A stretch of DNA of 64,000 bases from Ylistrum balloti (taxonomy: Eukaryota). The notes below the pieces were generated by a model, which did not search any database, was not told where the DNA came from, and saw only the letters and a program-made list of their open reading frames with translations. How positions within the stretch are numbered: the stretch's first letter is position 1; each line of letters starts with the position of its first letter. The stretch is taken from assembly GCF_031769215.1 (NCBI RefSeq), contig NW_026782406.1:186001-250000 (forward strand), read 5' to 3'. Both the position numbers and the translations under genes were made by a program. This document shows positions 58,775-64,000 of the stretch, piece by piece.

Positions 58775-59805
58775 CAGTCAAGTTACAAGCTTGTGTCCTA
58801 GTTATCAGTCAAGTTACAAGCTTGTGTCCTAATAACAAGTCAAGTTACAAGCGTGTGTCCTAGTAATCAGTCAAGTTACAAGCTTGTCTCCTAGTTATCA
58901 GTCAAGTTACAAGCTTGTGTCCTAATAACAAGTCAAGTTACAAGCGTGTGTCCTAGTAATCAGTCAAGTTACAAGCTTGTCTCCTAGTTATCAGTCAAGT
59001 TACAAGCTTGTGTCCTAATAACAAGTCAAGTTACAAGCGTGTGTCCTAGTAATCAGTCAAGTTACAAGCTTGTCTCCTAGTTATCAGTCAAGTTACAAGC
59101 TTGTGTCCTAATAACAAGTCAAGTTACAAGCGTGTGTCCTAGTAATCAGTCAAGTTACAAGCTTGTCTCCTAGTTATCAGTCAAGTTACAAGCTTGTGTC
59201 CTAATAACAAGTCAAGTTACAAGCGTGTGTCCTAGTAATTAGTCAGGTTACAAGCTTGTGTCCTTGTAATTAGTCAACCTTATTGGTAAGAGAGTGTGAC
59301 CAGTCAAGTTACAAGCTTGTGTCCTAGTAATCAGTCAAGTTACAAGCGTGTGTCCTAGTAACCACCCAAGTTACAAGCGTGTGTCATAGTAACCAGCCAA
59401 GTTACAGGCTTGTTTCCTAGTAATCAATCAAGTAACAAGCTTGTGTCCTAGTAAACAGACAAGTTACAAGCTTGTGTTCTAGTAATCAATCAAGTAACAA
59501 GCTTGTGTTCTAGTAATCAATCAAGTAACAAGCTTGTGTCCTAGTAAACAGAAAGTTACAAGCTTGTCTCCTAGTACTCAGTTATGTTGCAAGTGTGTGT
59601 CCTAGCAATCAGTCAGGTTACAAGCTTGTGTCCTAGTAATCAGTCAAGTTACAAGCTTCAGTCCTAGTAATCAGTCAAGTTACAAGCGTGTGTCCTAGTA
59701 ACCACCCAAGTTACAAGCGTGTGTCATAGTAACCAGTCAAGTTACAAGCTGGTGTCCTAGTAACCACTCAAGTTATAAGCTTGTGTCCTAGTAATCAGTC
59801 AACTG
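58775..59805. repeat. 31-bp minisatellite, about 33 copies, with a 93-bp (trimer) higher-order repeat
   Basis: Unit cagtcaagttacaagcttgtgtcctagtaat. Variant triplets recur at 58801, 58894 and onward to about 59230. The leading flank cttattggtaaga.agtgtgaccagtc is repeated at about 59278. Confidence 0.95.
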
Positions 59806-60234
59806 ACATGGTTGTGACCGGATCAAAACCTATAACCGAATTGAAGAGCTTTTGTCTATTTTCTTTAAAGATGATCGAGTTCCAAACTAATTGACAAGTT
59901 TCGTGGGGACCAGTTAATGATCAACTCGGCAAGGTTGTTGACGTTACCGGGTAATTAACAGACTTTCGTATGACCTCTGTTTCCAGTAACTTAACCAGAA
60001 ACCGACTTACCGGATGAATGACAAGCAAGCTGATAGATATAGTGTTAGAATTCATAATAATATACCTTCTTAATAACATCTTTTTAAAGACAAAGGTGAC
60101 GACAGTCCCGTAAATCAATATCCACCCGCGTACGTATTGTCGGTATCACATGTTGATATATGTAATACACACAAAACGAACGGTAAACATCACATATCAT
60201 AACAGCAATCATTGACAAGGCTGCCATTGACTGA

Positions 60235-60575
60235 ATTTTACCAGTAACTTAACAAGCATTCTGGTGACTGAATTACTGGTTATTGACAAGCTTACCAGTG
60301 ACCGAGTTGTACCAGTCAATTAACAAACCTTCTGGTGACTGAATTACTGGTTATTGACAAGCTTACCAGTGACCGAGTTGTGCCAGTCAATTAACAAACC
60401 TTCTGGTGACTGAATTACTGGTTATTGACAAGCTTACCAGTGACCGAGTTGTGCCAGTCAATTAACAAACCTTCTGGTGACTGAATTACTGGTTATTGAC
60501 AAGCTTACCAGTGACCGAGTTTTCTGTTAATTGACAAACATACTAGTGATAAAAGTACCAGTTAATTGACAAGAC
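60235..60575. repeat. 71-bp tandem repeat, about 4 copies, built of two 35-36 bp subunits
   Basis: ctggtgactgaattactgg starts at 60261, 60332, 60403 and 60474. Confidence 0.93.
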
Positions 60576-62940
60576 TTTTGGTGATTGAGATTCCTTTCAA
60601 TGAACCAGACTAGTGGTGACAGATATGGTTATGGTTTCACATCGATAGCCACTGTCATTTTGAGTCAAATTTCATGATTCGGAGAAAAATCTAGGGGCTA
60701 AAGAAAATATAAAACGGAAAGAAAAAAATGGGCTCTTGTTCATCACCTGTTACACACTGTAAAAAAATCCTTCATAATGAGAAATTGCGGTTTTACGAAG
60801 ACTGTAGTTATCAAGTACCGGTTGTTCAACGGCTGGTTAGAGGCAACCAATGTTAAGTCAAAATTTCCAAATATGAAGAAAATATAAACGGAAATATTCC
60901 TTATAATTTCATAGCTGTAATTCAATTGAGAAAGGACAGGTTGAAAAAAAATAGCGTTAGTTTTGCCTTTATTTATACATTTTTCAATTTTCATTTTTTA
61001 CCAGTAACTTTGTTAATGACTTTTGAGCAACTACGACCGAATCGGTTCCCCGTTCTCTTATGGATTGTGCTTTAAACTTAAATTTCTTTCCTAATCTGAA
61101 GGTAAATACGGTATACACAGATATACATTAAGTGTACATTATAAAACATTATCTAAACAAATAATTTAAAACGAGCATTTAGGCGTTTCAGATCAACATA
61201 AATATAAAAGGAAATTAATTTAACGCGAACCGTTTTATTTTTTTTTTTTCAAACAGAGAATAGCGTTTTTCTCATTTATAGAATTAGACTCGGCTAAAGA
61301 GTTGATAGAATAGATAAGATCAGTAGGATTGGATCACTCACCTGAACGTTACAGAATACATTTGTCCGGATACATGTTGCATCCACGACACTATCCGACT
61401 GGTTCAGATAGACAAACAGCGTCACACACCTATACGTTGTGCATGTGACTGAAGGATGACGACTGTGTCAAACTGTCGAAAGACACGTTCACTGATTGGC
61501 TGGTTGTCAATGACGCCTCCATGTTGAAATCAATGTTGTTATCGATTTTTCAATTGTGGGTGTGTCGAACGTATATCAAGTTCGAGGTTTCACATCTTCA
61601 TACCGAGATCGTGACGCGAAAAATGTGAAGTCGTCATGAAAATTATCAACTGTTCCAGTCAAATTGCACCGCATTTTCAAATTTAAAACAGAAGTGTTGA
61701 TATCCATCGGAACCACAGGGAGTGACGTTTTAAATTATTCTATAAAAATGAGTGTCGTATCCCACAGAAGGAAACCATGATAGTGAGTGTTATATTGCCT
61801 TATTTTTCATCTAACTACATCTCTTGAAACCATGTGTTTTGATGACCAAGATAAGCTTTCTAGAGAAGGCCAAGGAAATCAATGAAGACAGAAGATGTTT
61901 TCCTATCAGCCCCGTCCTGACCATCTCCATATCCAGTAATCTAAATAATTGCTGACACTGCAGTCCCTGTGTTACGCCATTGTCACACCATATTGATGTC
62001 GATCTATTTATTATTACCATTAATTCTATTGTTTCTCACATGAGTGCAGATATTAGTTACCGATATAACAACACTATCTGTTTAGCTATCTATCGATTAG
62101 ACTGTGACAAGAAATCTCCGGCCCTGTCAGGACAAGGAGAGCGATAAACTAAACACATCTGGTAGGACAGCGAATGTCTAGACTAAGGAATATAGTTATA
62201 CATAAACCAATCAGAGGAAGGATGATTGAGAATGTCTGTAAGACAATAATACAATAATAGTTATAAATCAACCAATCAGATTTCGTAGAATTAAGAATGT
62301 CTATGGTTTAGCCAATATTAGTTAAAAATCAACCAATCAGAATTAGCGGAATTGGGCTTTCTATTATTATAAATAAGTCAAACTTATCTCACGAGCTTCC
62401 CTCAGGTGATGTAACAAGCTCCGAATATCAAACAGCATTTTGATCTGTTCTTAATATGTTTTTATCAATCATTACGCTTAGATTCGGATGCAGATAATTG
62501 GTCTTATTCACCGTGTACATCATGAGACAGAGGACGAGGCCCTAAGTCAGAGGACGGCGACTCAAACTATTAAACGGTGCCTAAACTCTGAGGGCTATAC
62601 CAAAAGTCAGAAGACGGTAGTAAATCCAGCAGATGGTGAATAAATTCAGAGGATGATGATAAAATCCAGGGAACGCTGACTTAAATCAGAGAACGCTGAC
62701 ATAAGTAACACAAGTAAGAGGACGGAAGCTAAAGCAATAGGGTGTTTATTTATACCAGGAGACGATGACTTAATCCAGAGGATAGTGATATAAATCTGGA
62801 GACGGTGACCGCAGCCAGTGGTCAGTAACTGTAAGTCAGAGGAAGGTGACTAAATCCAGAGGACGGTGACTGACGTTAGAGGATGATGAATAACCTCAGA
62901 GGACAGTGACTAAATTCTAAGAATGGCGACATATATGAGA

Positions 62941-63150
62941 GGACAGTGACTAAAGCGTGAGGACGGTGACTAAGGCGTGAGGAAGGTGACTAAAGTGTGA
63001 AGACGGTGACTAAAGCGTGAAGACGGTGACAAAAGCGTGAAGGCGGTGACTAAAGCGTGAAGACGGTGACTAAAGCGTGAAGACGGTGACTAAAGCGTGA
63101 GGACGGTGACTAAAGCGTGAGGACGGTGACTAAAGCGTGAGGACGGCGAC
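62941..63150. repeat. 20-bp minisatellite, about 10 copies, with degenerate copies back to about 62530
   Basis: Unit ggacggtgactaaagcgtga. The upstream region has diverged agaggac[ag]gtgac[t]aaat variants. Confidence 0.93.
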
Positions 63151-63319
63151 ATGTTTCAGGTATACATGTTAAAACGTTACCCCAAACTTCTCTCCTAGCC
63201 GTTTATTTGATGATGGTATTCATTAGCAAGCAAACTTCTCTATACAATATGTTACACATTTTATTACATTATAACGAGCGGACAAGCTTCATTCCAACAC
63301 TTATCATTTCCTCTTACAG

Positions 63320-63700
63320 TTTTTTAGGTCACTTGAGACCTCCCCCCCCCCCCATCCCGGGCCTCTGGGCGGGACTAGAAGTGGACACATTGACTCAATT
63401 TTTTATAATCATCTTCTCAACATTAAGAAATCTTAGACGCCAATGTTCATCATGGATGGAACCATCTTATGGTGCTTTACCAAAATTGTGAATTGCATGG
63501 CCCTAGGATATCACATTTCCCAACAGAGAGGGAGTCAAGTTTACTATAGTTTATATAAGTACAGTTTTGAACATAATATGTTTAATTTCTTTTGGAAATA
63601 TTTCAAACTTGGTTAGAACTAACCCCCACTGGATGTCAATAGCCGAGGAAATTTTGCAGGAATATACCATTATACTTAAATGACATATAATTATGGAAGA
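63320..63700 (+). mobile_element. Possible Helentron-associated (HINE-like) repeat fragment
   Basis: tttttaggtcacttgag start and atcttatggtgctttaccaaaattgtgaattgcatggccc resemble common bivalve Helentron-type interspersed repeats. Recognition is from memory only. Confidence 0.35.
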
Positions 63701-64000
63701 CCTGTTTCCAAGGTTTTATAATCACTTGTATGTTTGTATTGATCCAATTTATACTGCCGCTGTCTGTACCTCAATATGTTCAAACCGTAAGAGTCGAAAA
63801 AACATATGTTTATAAATAAACCTGATCTGACAGGGTCATATGGGGACAAGTTTTATGAGTGAAAGGATGAGTTGACAACAAAATACAGAGATAAAGAGCA
63901 GTGAAGAACGAAAATTCAAGACCCAAGTGTTTTAATGGAGACAATAGATGTCTCTGGTCTCTGCTTGGTCTCAGAAGAAAAAAAACCGATTTGGATCCAA

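Noticed and set aside
1-64000. tRNA, rRNA or snRNA genes
   Set aside because: No intact A/B-box cloverleaf or rRNA-like segment recognised by eye; tRNAscan-SE or Infernal would be needed to exclude them.

Overview
AT-rich animal genomic DNA with spliceosomal introns. The gene and repeat repertoire looks like a bivalve mollusc (inference). Five protein-coding loci are supportable: a 9-exon phospholipid scramblase (+, 4137-12709), a 4-exon secreted PAN/apple plus C-type-lectin-domain protein (-, 19488-22705), an intronless B-box/coiled-coil/beta-propeller TRIM-like protein (-, 27164-28669), a multi-exon class I SAM-dependent methyltransferase (+, 34874-41163, one exon unresolved) and an intronless melatonin-receptor-like class A GPCR (-, 55903-56958). 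The rest is transposon debris (many Penelope-like RT fragments, CR1-type LINE pieces, Ty3/gypsy and Harbinger relics, two MITEs with TSDs), a local colinear duplication and over ten distinct minisatellites. The standout is a 45-bp satellite whose whole unit is a minimal hammerhead ribozyme. It occurs as an 8-copy, mostly core-intact array (678-1035, - strand), a 25-copy core-dead array (48608-49728) and several dispersed relics. Second, one methyltransferase intron is made almost entirely of tandem copies of its own donor and acceptor junctions. Most ORF-track entries are by-products of repeats or chance. All alignments and translations were done by eye.
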